This document shows, piece by piece, positions 41,790 through 52,294 of a stretch of 64,000 bases of DNA (position 1 is its first letter; each line of letters opens with the position of its first letter). The notes under the pieces were generated by a model, which was not told where the DNA came from, did no database searches, and saw only the letters and a program-made list of their open reading frames with translations. Both the position numbers and the translations under genes were made by a program. The stretch is from an uncultured Alphaproteobacteria bacterium (GTDB lineage: Bacteria > Pseudomonadota > Alphaproteobacteria > HIMB59 > GCA-002718135), in contig CACNUO010000005.1 in the NCBI GenBank assembly GCA_902623585.1, positions 984 through 64,983 of the forward strand, in the 5' to 3' direction.

Positions 41790-44700
41790 TTAACTAGAAA
41801 TTTTATTCTTATACCAATTCTTAATGTTTTCTCTAAACATTAATGCTGATGGTGTTACTACTAATGTCAGAAATGTAGCAAAAAGTAGTCCAAACACTAT
41901 AGCTGTTGATAATTGAACCCACCACTGGGTATCTGGCGAACCTCTGGTTATTTCTCTAGATATGAAGTCAACATTTGTCATTGTAACCATTGGTAATAAT
42001 CCTAGTACTGTTGTAGTTGTTGTAAGTAAAACTGGTCTCAGTCTCTGTGCCCCTGTTTTGATAATGGCTTCTCTAATACTAGATGTTTTAGTCTTTAAAA
42101 AATCAAATGTATCAATTAATATAATATTATTATTTACAACTATTCCAGCAAGAGCAATTACCCCAACTCCTGACATAACAATACCAAATGGCTGTGCTGT
42201 TACCATTAGACCTATAAAAACACCAGCTGTGGACATTACTACTGCAAAAAGAATTAAGAATGCACTATAAAAACTATTAAACTGCAATAGAAGTATCATT
42301 AGCATTAAAAATAAAGCTACACCAAAAGCTCCTGTTAAAAATTCTTGAGCTTCTTTTTGATCTTCATTTTCTCCAATAAGTTCAGCCCTTACTTTGTTAT
42401 CTAATTCATAACGAGGTAAATCTAAAGTTCTTCCTCTCCAAGACGGAGCAGTATCTGAAATTCCTAATACGTACTCAAGTTCTTTTACTTTTCCGTCAGG
42501 ATAAGTTCCAGGCTCTACATCTGCCTGAATATTTATAGCATTTTTTGAATCTACTCTAATTATATTTCCTGTTCTGCTATTTGGAACAATTTCTACAAAA
42601 TTGGATATTGGAACTAAACCATTTGAAGTAGTTACTCTTAAGTTATCAATTCTATCCAATGTTCTTCCTTCGTTTGGATAACGAAGATAAAGTGGTATAC
42701 TTTCATTACTATCATCAGGTCTATATTCACCAAGTTTAAGACCGTTTGTTGCAAGTTTAATTACATTACCAATTGATGTAATGTTAGCTCCAAACTTAGA
42801 AGCTTGTTTTCTATCTACATTAATTTCCCATTCTATCCCAGGTGCTGGTAAATTATCTTCTACATTCATTAACTTTGGATAACTATCCATGAATTTTTTA
42901 AGCTTAATTCCTTCAGCTATTAAAAGTTGCTTATTATCACTGGTTAATTTAATGTTAATTGGTTTACCTTCACCAGGACCACCTTGTTGTTCTCTTGACT
43001 CTACTTTAATCCCATTGATGCTTTTTGTGGCTTCCAAAATTTCTGCAAGAATTACTTTTGATTTTCTTCTTTTATCCCAATCTGTATATTCCAAACTTAT
43101 TGATCCAATAAAGTCTTCTGATGCCTCTGATTGTTCACTTACATTTCCACTTAAAGAATAAATATTTTTAAATTCTTGTCTTTCCGATTGAAGCTTTAAA
43201 ATAATATTCTCAACTCTTGATACATAATCTTTTTTTTCTTCAACTGAGAGATTACCTCTTGCAAAGACTACGATTTTTGCAAGATCTGGCTCAACATCTG
43301 GGAAAAATTCTACACCTTCTCCAACTTTAGTATAGGTGTAGTTTACAGCAACTAATATTACTAAAGCACTAATCATCACCTTTAAAGGATGAAATAATAA
43401 GAAGTTTAATACTTTTGCATAAAATCCAACAAAACCAGTTACGTTTAAAACAGGTTCATTTGATTCTGAAGATAAGATTTTTGCATTTTTAGAAACTAAT
43501 TTATCTGTAGAATTTACATTTTCTGAAATTTTATAAACTCTTGGTATAATTCTTATAAATACAAATATAAATAAAGCGAAGCTCAGTAAATATTTTCCTA
43601 TTGTTATAAATAAACTAAATCTTTCAAGATTTAATAATCCAAATCCATAAGATAATATATTGTAAAAAATTAATGATATTAGTAATGGTACAATAAATTG
43701 GAGAAGTATTCTTGAAACAGTATTTAAAATAGATCCTAAAACTGGGACAAACAGTAGTGCCATAAACAAAGAAGAAATAAGAACACATATAAGTGTTATT
43801 GGTAAATATTTCATAAATTCACCAGCTATACCAGGCCAGAATATTAAAGGTAGAAAAGCTGCCAGGGTAGTTGCAGTCGATGATATAATTGGTAGTGACA
43901 TTTTTTTTGATGCATTTGCGAAAGCATCTTTTACACCAAGTCCTTCTTTCATTTTTCTATCTGCATATTCAACAACAACAATTGCTCCATCGACTAATAG
44001 TCCTACAGATAAAATTAGAGCAAATAATACAACAATATTAATAGTAAAACCCATTACAGAAAGAGCTAATAAACCTGATAAAAACGATCCTGGAATAGAT
44101 ACACCAACTAATAAACCAGACCTAACTCCTAATGCTCCTAAAATAATAATTAAAACAAGGATTATTGCTGCTATGACATTGTTTTGCAGACTATTTAACA
44201 TAGTTTTAATTCCTTTTGATTGATCATTGCCAAAAGAAATTTCAACATTTTCAGGAAAACTTTTAGCAGTAATTGCAGTTATTCTTTTTACTTCTTCAAT
44301 AGTATTAATAATATTTTCTCCAATTCTTTTAGAAACATCAATAGTTATTGAATTAGATCCATTTACATTTGCATAAGATTGCCTATCTTCAAATGTTCTT
44401 TTAACTTCAGCAATATCCCTGAAAGTAATAACTGAATCTCCGTTAGTTTTAACAGGAGTATTTAATACATCTTCAATAGTTTCGTATAAACCTGGAACTT
44501 TAATATCAAAACTTCCGTCACCAGTGTCTTGACCACCAGCAGATACCATTTTATTATTTTCTCTAACAATATTAATAAGACTCTCAAGATTGATACCATA
44601 GCTATCAACTGCAGTTGGATTAATTAGTATGTCAACTTGTTCATTTCTTTTACCGCCTATTTTAGCTTCTAAAACACTAGGAATTGTTTCTATATCATCT

Positions 44701-45185
44701 TGCAAAATATCAGCTAAATCTTGAAGTGTTCTATTAGGCACATCCCCACTTAAAGAAATAGAAAGGATAGGAAACGTACTTATATTTACTTCGTTAACTG
44801 TTGGTTCATCTGCTTCACTAGGTAGATCACCCTTGGCTCTATCAACTTTATCCCTAATATCAACCATAGCTTGATCAGAGTCAAAACCAGCATCAAATTC
44901 TAATAAAACATTGCCTCCGCCTGAATAAGCTGTTGATCTTACTTCTCTTACTCCTTCAACAGTTTTAACTTCGTCTTCAATTGGTTTAACTAAAAGCCTT
45001 TCAGAGTCTTGTGCAGAAATACCATTTTGACTTAGTGAAATATAAACTATTGGTATGCTTACATCAGGAGATGATTCTTTAGGCATTGTGATATAAGTAG
45101 ATGAGCCTGAAAAAATTATAAAAATAAGTATTCCCATGAAAACTCGGGAATGGCTAATTGCATAGTCTATAATATTTATTTTCAT
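41790..45185 (-). CDS. RND efflux transporter permease (AcrB-like)
   Basis: GLLVDGAIVVVE, GIVVNNNIILID, RLRPVLLTT, two large periplasmic domains. Confidence 0.92.
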   Translation of the reverse strand: MKINIIDYAISHSRVFMGILIFIIFSGSSTYITMPKESSPDVSIPIVYISLSQNGISAQDSERLLVKPIEDEVKTVEGVREVRSTAYSGGGNVLLEFDAGFDSDQAMVDIRDKVDRAKGDLPSEADEPTVNEVNISTFPILSISLSGDVPNRTLQDLADILQDDIETIPSVLEAKIGGKRNEQVDILINPTAVDSYGINLESLINIVRENNKMVSAGGQDTGDGSFDIKVPGLYETIEDVLNTPVKTNGDSVITFRDIAEVKRTFEDRQSYANVNGSNSITIDVSKRIGENIINTIEEVKRITAITAKSFPENVEISFGNDQSKGIKTMLNSLQNNVIAAIILVLIIILGALGVRSGLLVGVSIPGSFLSGLLALSVMGFTINIVVLFALILSVGLLVDGAIVVVEYADRKMKEGLGVKDAFANASKKMSLPIISSTATTLAAFLPLIFWPGIAGEFMKYLPITLICVLISSLFMALLFVPVLGSILNTVSRILLQFIVPLLISLIFYNILSYGFGLLNLERFSLFITIGKYLLSFALFIFVFIRIIPRVYKISENVNSTDKLVSKNAKILSSESNEPVLNVTGFVGFYAKVLNFLLFHPLKVMISALVILVAVNYTYTKVGEGVEFFPDVEPDLAKIVVFARGNLSVEEKKDYVSRVENIILKLQSERQEFKNIYSLSGNVSEQSEASEDFIGSISLEYTDWDKRRKSKVILAEILEATKSINGIKVESREQQGGPGEGKPINIKLTSDNKQLLIAEGIKLKKFMDSYPKLMNVEDNLPAPGIEWEINVDRKQASKFGANITSIGNVIKLATNGLKLGEYRPDDSNESIPLYLRYPNEGRTLDRIDNLRVTTSNGLVPISNFVEIVPNSRTGNIIRVDSKNAINIQADVEPGTYPDGKVKELEYVLGISDTAPSWRGRTLDLPRYELDNKVRAELIGENEDQKEAQEFLTGAFGVALFLMLMILLLQFNSFYSAFLILFAVVMSTAGVFIGLMVTAQPFGIVMSGVGVIALAGIVVNNNIILIDTFDFLKTKTSSIREAIIKTGAQRLRPVLLTTTTTVLGLLPMVTMTNVDFISREITRGSPDTQWWVQLSTAIVFGLLFATFLTLVVTPSALMFRENIKNWYKNKISS

Positions 45186-45190
45186 TTAGA

Positions 45191-46432
45191 TTAGTTTATT
45201 ATTTCACCAATACTTATATATTCTTGACCACTTACAATTAAATTTACTTTCTCGGGTAATCCAGAAACCCACATGCCGTCTATTGTATCCTTAATTGTTT
45301 TGGTTGGATAGAATGTAACCTTATTATCATTATCTACAGCTTTAACACCTACGGTCCCATCGTCTAATAAAGTTAGTATAGAAGGTGGTATTTTGTGAGC
45401 TTTAAGTTCTGAACCTTTGATAATAATTTTAGTTGTTATTCCACTTTTATAAGAGAGATCTTTGTTATCAGCTTCAATCGTAATTTCGAATGTTCTAGTA
45501 CTAGTTTCGGCTGATGGAGAAATAAAAGATATTATTCCATTTTTTTTAATACCATTACTATCTTCAATTAAAGCTTTAGTACCAACACTCACTTTATTTA
45601 CATCAAATTCAGATAAATAACCTTCAATCTTGATAGGGTCTAAATCAATTATAGTAAATAGGGGAGTACCAATTGAGATAAATTCAGTTTCCTCAACCAT
45701 CTTTTCTGAAATAATTCCATCAAATGGTGCTTTGATAGTAGTTTTTTCTATATCTAGTTTTATATTCTTTAAAATTGATTTTACATTTGAAATTTGAGCC
45801 TCAAGGTTTGCTAAGGTAGATTCAAATTTTATTTTAATATCTTCTCTATCCGCTTGAGCATTGGCAAGATTAAAAGATGCTAAACTTAATTTTGATTTTG
45901 AACTTAAACCTTTATCGATAAGTTGTTTTGCAGATGCATACTCAATTTCATACAATTCAATTCGCTCAACATTTTGTCTAAGAAGATTATCTCTATTTTT
46001 TTCATTTAAAATTAGTTCTTTATTAAGTCTTTCTAAATCTTTTTTTGCACTAGAAAGTTTTTCATTTCTATCCTCTAGTGAGATTGTAATCATTTTAGCA
46101 TTTTGAGATACTCTATCTCCTCTTGCAAATTCAATATTATCTATGTTGCCAGATGTTTCAGATTTAACATCAATTTTTTTATTATGAATAGTTTGACCTT
46201 GTAATTCAATAGATTGATCAATTAAACTGGAAGTAAATACCTTTGTTTCAACAGAAAATGTAAATTCTTCATTATCATTATTTTTTGTATCTTGTGAATT
46301 TGAAGTTTCTGTTTCAGTGCTAGTTTCTGTATTATCATCTTGCGCAACAACATTATTTGTAAATTGACCAGAACCGATCCACCCAACAACAGCGGCAAGT
46401 ATTATGAAGGCTATAAATATTGATCTTTTCAT
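45191..46432 (-). CDS. RND periplasmic adaptor (membrane fusion protein)
   Basis: N-terminal anchor, coiled-coil hairpin, IKAPFDG, TRTF, WVSGL. Confidence 0.9.
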   Translation of the reverse strand: MKRSIFIAFIILAAVVGWIGSGQFTNNVVAQDDNTETSTETETSNSQDTKNNDNEEFTFSVETKVFTSSLIDQSIELQGQTIHNKKIDVKSETSGNIDNIEFARGDRVSQNAKMITISLEDRNEKLSSAKKDLERLNKELILNEKNRDNLLRQNVERIELYEIEYASAKQLIDKGLSSKSKLSLASFNLANAQADREDIKIKFESTLANLEAQISNVKSILKNIKLDIEKTTIKAPFDGIISEKMVEETEFISIGTPLFTIIDLDPIKIEGYLSEFDVNKVSVGTKALIEDSNGIKKNGIISFISPSAETSTRTFEITIEADNKDLSYKSGITTKIIIKGSELKAHKIPPSILTLLDDGTVGVKAVDNDNKVTFYPTKTIKDTIDGMWVSGLPEKVNLIVSGQEYISIGEIIN

Positions 46433-46501
46433 TAAATACCGTACATGTCATATATATTAAAGTTACTAAAAAACAATTTTTTGTTAGCTTTATTATCTTT
46501 T

Positions 46502-47101
46502 ATGAAATCAAAAAACTGGGTTAATAGACAAAAAAATGATCAGTTTGTAAAGAAAGCTAAACAGTTAGGGTATATAAATCGAGCTGCGTTTAAACTAGAA
46601 GAGATTGAGCAAAAATATAAAATAATTGAACATTCTAAAGAAATACTAGAACTTGGATCTTCTCCAGGAGGTTGGACTCAGGTCATCTTAAATTACAATT
46701 CAAAAACTAGTATAACCTGTTTTGATTTATTAGATATGAAAATGAATAATCAACGTATAGCTTTCTATAGAGAGGATTTTTTAAAATTTAATTTTACTAA
46801 TTTAAAAAATAAATTTGATTTGGTTTTATCAGATGTAGCTCCTAATACAACTGGTCATCAATCAACAGATCATCTCAGGATAAGTCAATTAATATATGAA
46901 GTTATAGACAGATTAGAAATAATATTAAAAAAACAAGGATCATTTATATTCAAAATTTGGAAGGGAGAGGAAGAAAAGGAAATTATAAAGATGCTTAAAA
47001 AAATTTTTGATAAAGTTGAGTATTTTAAGCCAAAATCATCAAGACAAGAATCAAGTGAAATATTTATAATATCAAGAGGATTTAGATTGCATGAAGAGTA
47101 A
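46502..47101 (+). CDS. rlmE: 23S rRNA 2'-O-methyltransferase RlmE/FtsJ
   Basis: RAAFKL.EI, LGSSPGGW, SDVAPN, KPKSSR.ES.E; likely start MKSKNW at 46502. Confidence 0.93.
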   Translation: MKSKNWVNRQKNDQFVKKAKQLGYINRAAFKLEEIEQKYKIIEHSKEILELGSSPGGWTQVILNYNSKTSITCFDLLDMKMNNQRIAFYREDFLKFNFTNLKNKFDLVLSDVAPNTTGHQSTDHLRISQLIYEVIDRLEIILKKQGSFIFKIWKGEEEKEIIKMLKKIFDKVEYFKPKSSRQESSEIFIISRGFRLHEE

Positions 47102-48644
47102 ATTAGAAACTATTTTAATTGTAGATTATGGATCTCAATACACACAATTAATAGCTAGAAGAATAAGAGAGTTAGAAGTCTTTTGTCTTGTCTATCCTTT
47201 TAATAAAATTACGAAAAAAATTTTAAATGAAATCAAACCATCGGCATTTATATTATCTGGAGGACCTAGATCAGTACTCGACAAAAATGCCCCAAAATTA
47301 AATCAAGAAATTTTAAAAATGAAAAAACCAGTTTTAGCAATTTGCTATGGTATGCAATTAGTAACTAAAAATTTGAAAGGTGTAGTAAAACGTTCTAAGC
47401 ATAGAGAGTATGGTCACACTATTATAAATATTAAGAAAAAATCACTTTTATTTAAAGGAATAAACAAACGAAAAATCAAAGTATGGATGTCTCATGGAGA
47501 TAATATCAATAAAATACCAAAACTTTTTTCAATAACATCTTTATCAAACAATAAAATTATTTCATCAATTGAAAATAATAAAAATAAAATTTATTGCCTT
47601 CAATTTCATCCTGAGGTCTATCATACAGATTTTGGTTCAAAAATAATTAATAATTTTATTTTAAATATTGTAAATATAAAAAATAAATTCAAAATTCAAA
47701 AATTTATTGAAAATAAAGTATCAGAATTAAAAAATGAAATTAAGAATAAAAAAATAATCTGTGGTTTATCTGGAGGTGTAGATTCCACAGTGACTGCATA
47801 TTTATTAAGTAAAGCCGTTAACAAAAATGTTTATTGTATTTTTGTTGATCACGGTCTTCTAAGAAAAAATGAAGCTAACGAAGTGTCAAAAATATTTTCC
47901 AAAAAATTTGGCAAAAACTTTACTAAAATAAATGCTTCTAATATTTTTTTAAAAAATTTAAAAAATGTTTCTGATCCAGAGAAAAAAAGAAAAATTATTG
48001 GCAATACATTTATAGAAGTTTTTGATAAAGCAGCTAAAAAAATATCAAATGTAGATTATTTAGGGCAGGGGACTCTTTATCCAGATATTATAGAAAGTAT
48101 TCCATTTTTTGGTGGTCCAACAGCTAAAATCAAAAGTCACCATAATGTTGGGGGTTTACCAAAAAAAATGAAATTAAAAATTGTGGAGCCATTAAGAGAA
48201 TTATTTAAAGATGAGGTAAGAAATGTTGGAAGGCAACTAAAAATAGATAAACATTTACTTTTAAGACATCCTTTCCCAGGTCCAGGTTTAGCAATCCGCA
48301 TACCTGGGGTAATTGATAAAAAAAAGATCTTAATTCTTCAAGAGGCAGATCATATTTTTATAGAGTATCTAAAAGAGAAAAATCTTTATAATAAAATTTG
48401 GCAAGCTTTTGTTGTTCTTTTACCAGTAAAATCAGTAGGTGTTATGGGGGATGAAAGAACATATAATTACTCTGTTTCACTTAGAGCTATTACTTCAGTG
48501 GATGGAATGACAGCGGATTTTTATATGTTTACAAATAATCAATTAAAAGAAATATCATCTCGTATAATTAATAATGTTAAAGGTATTAACAGAGTATTAT
48601 ATGACTTTACATCTAAACCTCCTGGAACCATTGAGTGGGAATAA
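47091..48644 (+). CDS. guaA: GMP synthase (glutamine-hydrolysing)
   Basis: DYGSQYTQLIARR, ICYGMQ, QFHPE, SGGVDS, IKSHHNVGGLP, KPPGTIEWE. Confidence 0.98.
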   Translation: MKSKLETILIVDYGSQYTQLIARRIRELEVFCLVYPFNKITKKILNEIKPSAFILSGGPRSVLDKNAPKLNQEILKMKKPVLAICYGMQLVTKNLKGVVKRSKHREYGHTIINIKKKSLLFKGINKRKIKVWMSHGDNINKIPKLFSITSLSNNKIISSIENNKNKIYCLQFHPEVYHTDFGSKIINNFILNIVNIKNKFKIQKFIENKVSELKNEIKNKKIICGLSGGVDSTVTAYLLSKAVNKNVYCIFVDHGLLRKNEANEVSKIFSKKFGKNFTKINASNIFLKNLKNVSDPEKKRKIIGNTFIEVFDKAAKKISNVDYLGQGTLYPDIIESIPFFGGPTAKIKSHHNVGGLPKKMKLKIVEPLRELFKDEVRNVGRQLKIDKHLLLRHPFPGPGLAIRIPGVIDKKKILILQEADHIFIEYLKEKNLYNKIWQAFVVLLPVKSVGVMGDERTYNYSVSLRAITSVDGMTADFYMFTNNQLKEISSRIINNVKGINRVLYDFTSKPPGTIEWE

Positions 48645-48781
48645 TATAAATAATTGATTTTGTTATATTTTTAAATTTAAGATTTATGTATGCATTTTAA
48701 GAATTACTAAATTGCCGATATCGTATTATTAAAACAACACTTTTAAACTAACCTCAGATTTAAATTAGGAGGTATAATCAA

Positions 48782-49759
48782 ATGAAAATATTTTTAATAT
48801 TTATTACTTCAGTTCTCTTATCTTTCAATAGTTTTGCAAATACTAAAATATCTTTTGCTTTAGATTGGAAATTTGAAGGACCAAGTGCACCTTATTTCTA
48901 CGCAATAGATAAAGGATATTTTGGTGAAGAACATTTAGAAGTTGAAATATCTGCGGGTAAAGGATCCTTAGATGCAATTCCAAAGGTAGCTACGGGAGCT
49001 TTTCCTATTGGCTTTGCAGATATAAACAGTTTAATCAAATTCTTAGATCAAAATCCTGGAGCGCCAGTTATGGCAGTTATGATGGTTTATGATAAACCTC
49101 CATTTGCAATTGCTGGAAGAAAAAGTCTTGGTGTTACAACTCCATCTGATTTAGAGGGAAAAATTCTTGGTGCGCCACCACCTGATGGTGCATGGGCACA
49201 ATTCCCGCCATTTGCTTCTGCAAATAATATCAATGTTGATAATATAACAGTGGAGCCGGTAGGTTTCCCAACAAGAGAACCGATGTTAGCTGAAAAAAAC
49301 GTTGATGCTATAACAGGGTTTTCATTTTCAATGTTTTTAAATTTAGTTCGTCTTGGTGTTCCTGAGGATGATATATCAATTATGTTGATGGCAAACTATG
49401 GATTAGAATTATATGGTAATGCCATAATAGTTAACACTGATTACGCAGATGCAAATCCTGAAATAGTAAAAGGTTTTTTAAAAGCTGTATCTAAAGGATG
49501 GGCTGATGCTATGAAAAATCCTGAAGACGCGGTGAAGAGTATGGTTGAAAGAAATCCAGCTGCTGATTTAGCTTTAGAAACAAGAAGATTGGTACTAGCA
49601 ATAGAAGGAAATGTTAATACTGATTATGTAAAAGAAAACGGTATGGGTAATATTGACATAGCAAGAATGGAAAAAGCTTTAGGACAGTTAGCAGAAACAT
49701 ACGAATTCTCATCTGATCCAAAGATTTCATCATTTTTTACTGATAAATATTTACCTTAA
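48782..49759 (+). CDS. ABC transporter substrate-binding protein, NMT1/THI5 (NitT/TauT) family
   Basis: Signal peptide, LDWKFEGP, AIDKGYF, YGNAII; strong AGGAGG SD. Confidence 0.85.
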   Translation: MKIFLIFITSVLLSFNSFANTKISFALDWKFEGPSAPYFYAIDKGYFGEEHLEVEISAGKGSLDAIPKVATGAFPIGFADINSLIKFLDQNPGAPVMAVMMVYDKPPFAIAGRKSLGVTTPSDLEGKILGAPPPDGAWAQFPPFASANNINVDNITVEPVGFPTREPMLAEKNVDAITGFSFSMFLNLVRLGVPEDDISIMLMANYGLELYGNAIIVNTDYADANPEIVKGFLKAVSKGWADAMKNPEDAVKSMVERNPAADLALETRRLVLAIEGNVNTDYVKENGMGNIDIARMEKALGQLAETYEFSSDPKISSFFTDKYLP

Positions 49760-49767
49760 TATTTTTT

Positions 49768-49794
49768 TATGGGGTAGACTATTTCTACCCCATA
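49768..49794 (+). other. Intra-operon stem-loop after SBP gene
   Basis: 11-bp inverted repeat TATGGGGTAGA-ctatt-TCTACCCCATA. Confidence 0.75.
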
Positions 49795-49809
49795 TACTAA
49801 TCATAATTT

Positions 49810-50583
49810 ATGCATATCAATATTGAAAAGGTTTCTCATCAATATGAAACTAAACAAGGTATGCTTCCTGTTTTAAAGGATCTTTCCCTATCAATTAAAA
49901 GAAAAGGTTTTACTGCTATAGTTGGACCTTCAGGTTGTGGAAAATCTACAATAACTAGATTAGTCAGTGGATTAATTAAACCAACTCAAGGTAGTATTTT
50001 TATTTCAAATAAAAAAATTACATCCCCACTTTCTACTGTAGGAATGGCCTTTCAAAATCCAGTTTTGTTAGAATGGAGAAATGTAATTAAAAATATAATT
50101 CTTCCACTTGAGATAGTATCAAAAAATATGACTTATAATCAAAAGAGATTGAATGCATTAGATCTACTTAAATTAGTGGGACTAGAAGAATTTGAAAATA
50201 ATTTACCATCTGAATTATCTGGTGGGATGAAACAAAGAGTTTCACTTTGTAGATCTCTAGTTCATAATCCAGAAGTATTAATTTTAGATGAACCTTTTGC
50301 AGCTCTAGATGCATTTACAAAAGAAGATTTGTGGGACGTTATGCACAAATTAAAAAAAGAAAGAGACTTCACATGTATTTTAATAACTCATGATTTAAGA
50401 GAAGCTGTTTATTTAGCTGATCAAGTAATTGTTTTATCCGGAAGACCAGCTTCATTACAATACGATGTCAAAACTAATTTTAATGAAGAAAAAAAAATCT
50501 CTGATTTATATTCATCAGAAGTTTCACAATTACTTGCAACACTTAGAAATCAAATCGAAATAGCTCAGAATAAAAATGATTAG
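49810..50583 (+). CDS. NitT/TauT family ABC ATPase
   Basis: GPSGCGKST, LSGGMKQR, LDEPFAALD, THDLREA. Confidence 0.92.
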   Translation: MHINIEKVSHQYETKQGMLPVLKDLSLSIKRKGFTAIVGPSGCGKSTITRLVSGLIKPTQGSIFISNKKITSPLSTVGMAFQNPVLLEWRNVIKNIILPLEIVSKNMTYNQKRLNALDLLKLVGLEEFENNLPSELSGGMKQRVSLCRSLVHNPEVLILDEPFAALDAFTKEDLWDVMHKLKKERDFTCILITHDLREAVYLADQVIVLSGRPASLQYDVKTNFNEEKKISDLYSSEVSQLLATLRNQIEIAQNKND

Positions 50584-51334
50584 AATCAATAATTTTATTA
50601 TACCTTTATTTAGCCTTATAATTTTTTGTTTGTTATGGGAGTTGTTGGTTTGGTATAATAATTGGCCAAATTATAAAATGGCTTCCCCTTCAGATTTATG
50701 GCCAGCATTTTGGAAATTTAAACATCTCTTTTTAATCTACGGTTGGGAAACTTTTTGGAGAACCGTTTTAGGATTAATATTATCAGTTTTAGTAGGATTA
50801 ATTTTAGGTATTTTGATGGGGTTTTCAAAAACTATAAGAATAGGCTTATATCCAATCCTTGTTGGTTTTAATGCTATTCCTAAAGCAACAGTAGTCCCAG
50901 TAATTGCATTAATATTTGTCGGTATGCACAATATGAATACAATTATAATTGTAATTCTTATTTCATTTTTCCCCATCTGTGTTTCAATTTCGATTGGATT
51001 GTCAACTTTGGAAAAAGAATATGAAGACATACTATTATCTTTAGGTGCAAATAAATTTGAGATTTTTTATAAAATTGCTTTACCAAAAACATTACCAGAA
51101 TTTTTTGGAGCTTTAAAAGTATCAACAACACTCGCCTTTATTGGAACTAATTTGATGGAGATTATTGAGCCACATGGAAAAGGATTAGGACATTTGTTTG
51201 ATAGTGGCAAAATTAGTGCAGATTATCCATTAATGTTTGCAGTATTGATCACCTTGGCTGTTATGGGAATATTTTTATATTATATTGTAGTTTATCTTGA
51301 AAATATTTTTGCTGGTTGGGCCATTAGAAAATAA
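50576..51334 (+). CDS. NitT/TauT family ABC permease
   Basis: Hydrophobic helices, SLGA...IF.KI.LP EAA-like loop, GLG. Confidence 0.88.
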   Translation: MIRINNFIIPLFSLIIFCLLWELLVWYNNWPNYKMASPSDLWPAFWKFKHLFLIYGWETFWRTVLGLILSVLVGLILGILMGFSKTIRIGLYPILVGFNAIPKATVVPVIALIFVGMHNMNTIIIVILISFFPICVSISIGLSTLEKEYEDILLSLGANKFEIFYKIALPKTLPEFFGALKVSTTLAFIGTNLMEIIEPHGKGLGHLFDSGKISADYPLMFAVLITLAVMGIFLYYIVVYLENIFAGWAIRK

Positions 51335-51387
51335 AGTTTAGAAAGATAAAGTTTAATTATATAAATTGTTAATTAAATTTTTTAAAT

Positions 51388-51717
51388 TTAATTTACTAAC
51401 TTAAAAATATTTCGATTTAAAGATGATATCAGTGCATCTAAACTTTCAAATTTCTTGTTTTGATTTTTTGATTTTAAATTATAAAAAATTTTTCTTTTTT
51501 TTCTCTCTAGTGATTTATTTAGTATGCATTCTGGAGCTGCTAGACTATGTTTAAATATATAAAAAAATGCATTATTTTTATTAAAATCAATAGCATAGTC
51601 TTTCCATTCTCCATTAGAAACTCCCTTAGAATAAAGATTTAGGATTTTGGCTAGTTCATCTTTGGAAAAGTAGAGATTGTGATTGTTAGTTGAAGCACTA
51701 GATGTTACTAAGCCCAT
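51388..51717 (-). CDS. DUF2794-like conserved protein
   Basis: F...EL..IL.LY...V..GEWKDYAID. Confidence 0.75.
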   Translation of the reverse strand: MGLVTSSASTNNHNLYFSKDELAKILNLYSKGVSNGEWKDYAIDFNKNNAFFYIFKHSLAAPECILNKSLERKKRKIFYNLKSKNQNKKFESLDALISSLNRNIFKLVN

Positions 51718-51741
51718 AAATTAAGAATATAACAAATTTTT

Positions 51742-52293
51742 ATGCCTGTAAATGCTCCAAATGATAATTTAGATGTACTAGCACCATCATTTAATCTTAA
51801 AAATATTGATGATGAAATGGTATTTTTAGATAATGCAAAAGGATTAAATGGTACTGTTATTGCTTTTATCTGTAATCATTGTCCATATGTTAAAGCAATT
51901 GCAAGCAGATTAAAAAAAGATGCTGATGAGTTACTAGAGCACTCAATAAATACAATTGCCATTATGTCTAATGATGTAATTAACTATCCTGATGATTCAT
52001 TTGATAATATGAAAATTTTCTCTGAAAAATATAAATTTAATTTTCCATATCTTTATGATGAAACACAAGAAGTGGCAAAAAATTATAATGCTGTTTGTAC
52101 TCCAGATTTTTTCGGTTTTGATAAAGATCTTAAATTAAAATATAGAGGTAGAATAGACTCAGGTGCAATGAATGCAAATCAAAATTCAAATATTGAAAGA
52201 GATCTTTTTAATGCAATGATTAAAATCAAAAATGAGGGAGTAGGGCCAACTAATCAAATGAATAGTATTGGTTGTTCGATAAAATGGAAATAG
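51742..52293 (+). CDS. Thioredoxin-like AhpC/TSA family protein
   Basis: FICNHCPYV, YPDDS, AVCTPDFF, YRGRID, SIGCSIKW. Confidence 0.9.
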   Translation: MPVNAPNDNLDVLAPSFNLKNIDDEMVFLDNAKGLNGTVIAFICNHCPYVKAIASRLKKDADELLEHSINTIAIMSNDVINYPDDSFDNMKIFSEKYKFNFPYLYDETQEVAKNYNAVCTPDFFGFDKDLKLKYRGRIDSGAMNANQNSNIERDLFNAMIKIKNEGVGPTNQMNSIGCSIKWK

Positions 52294-52294
52294 T

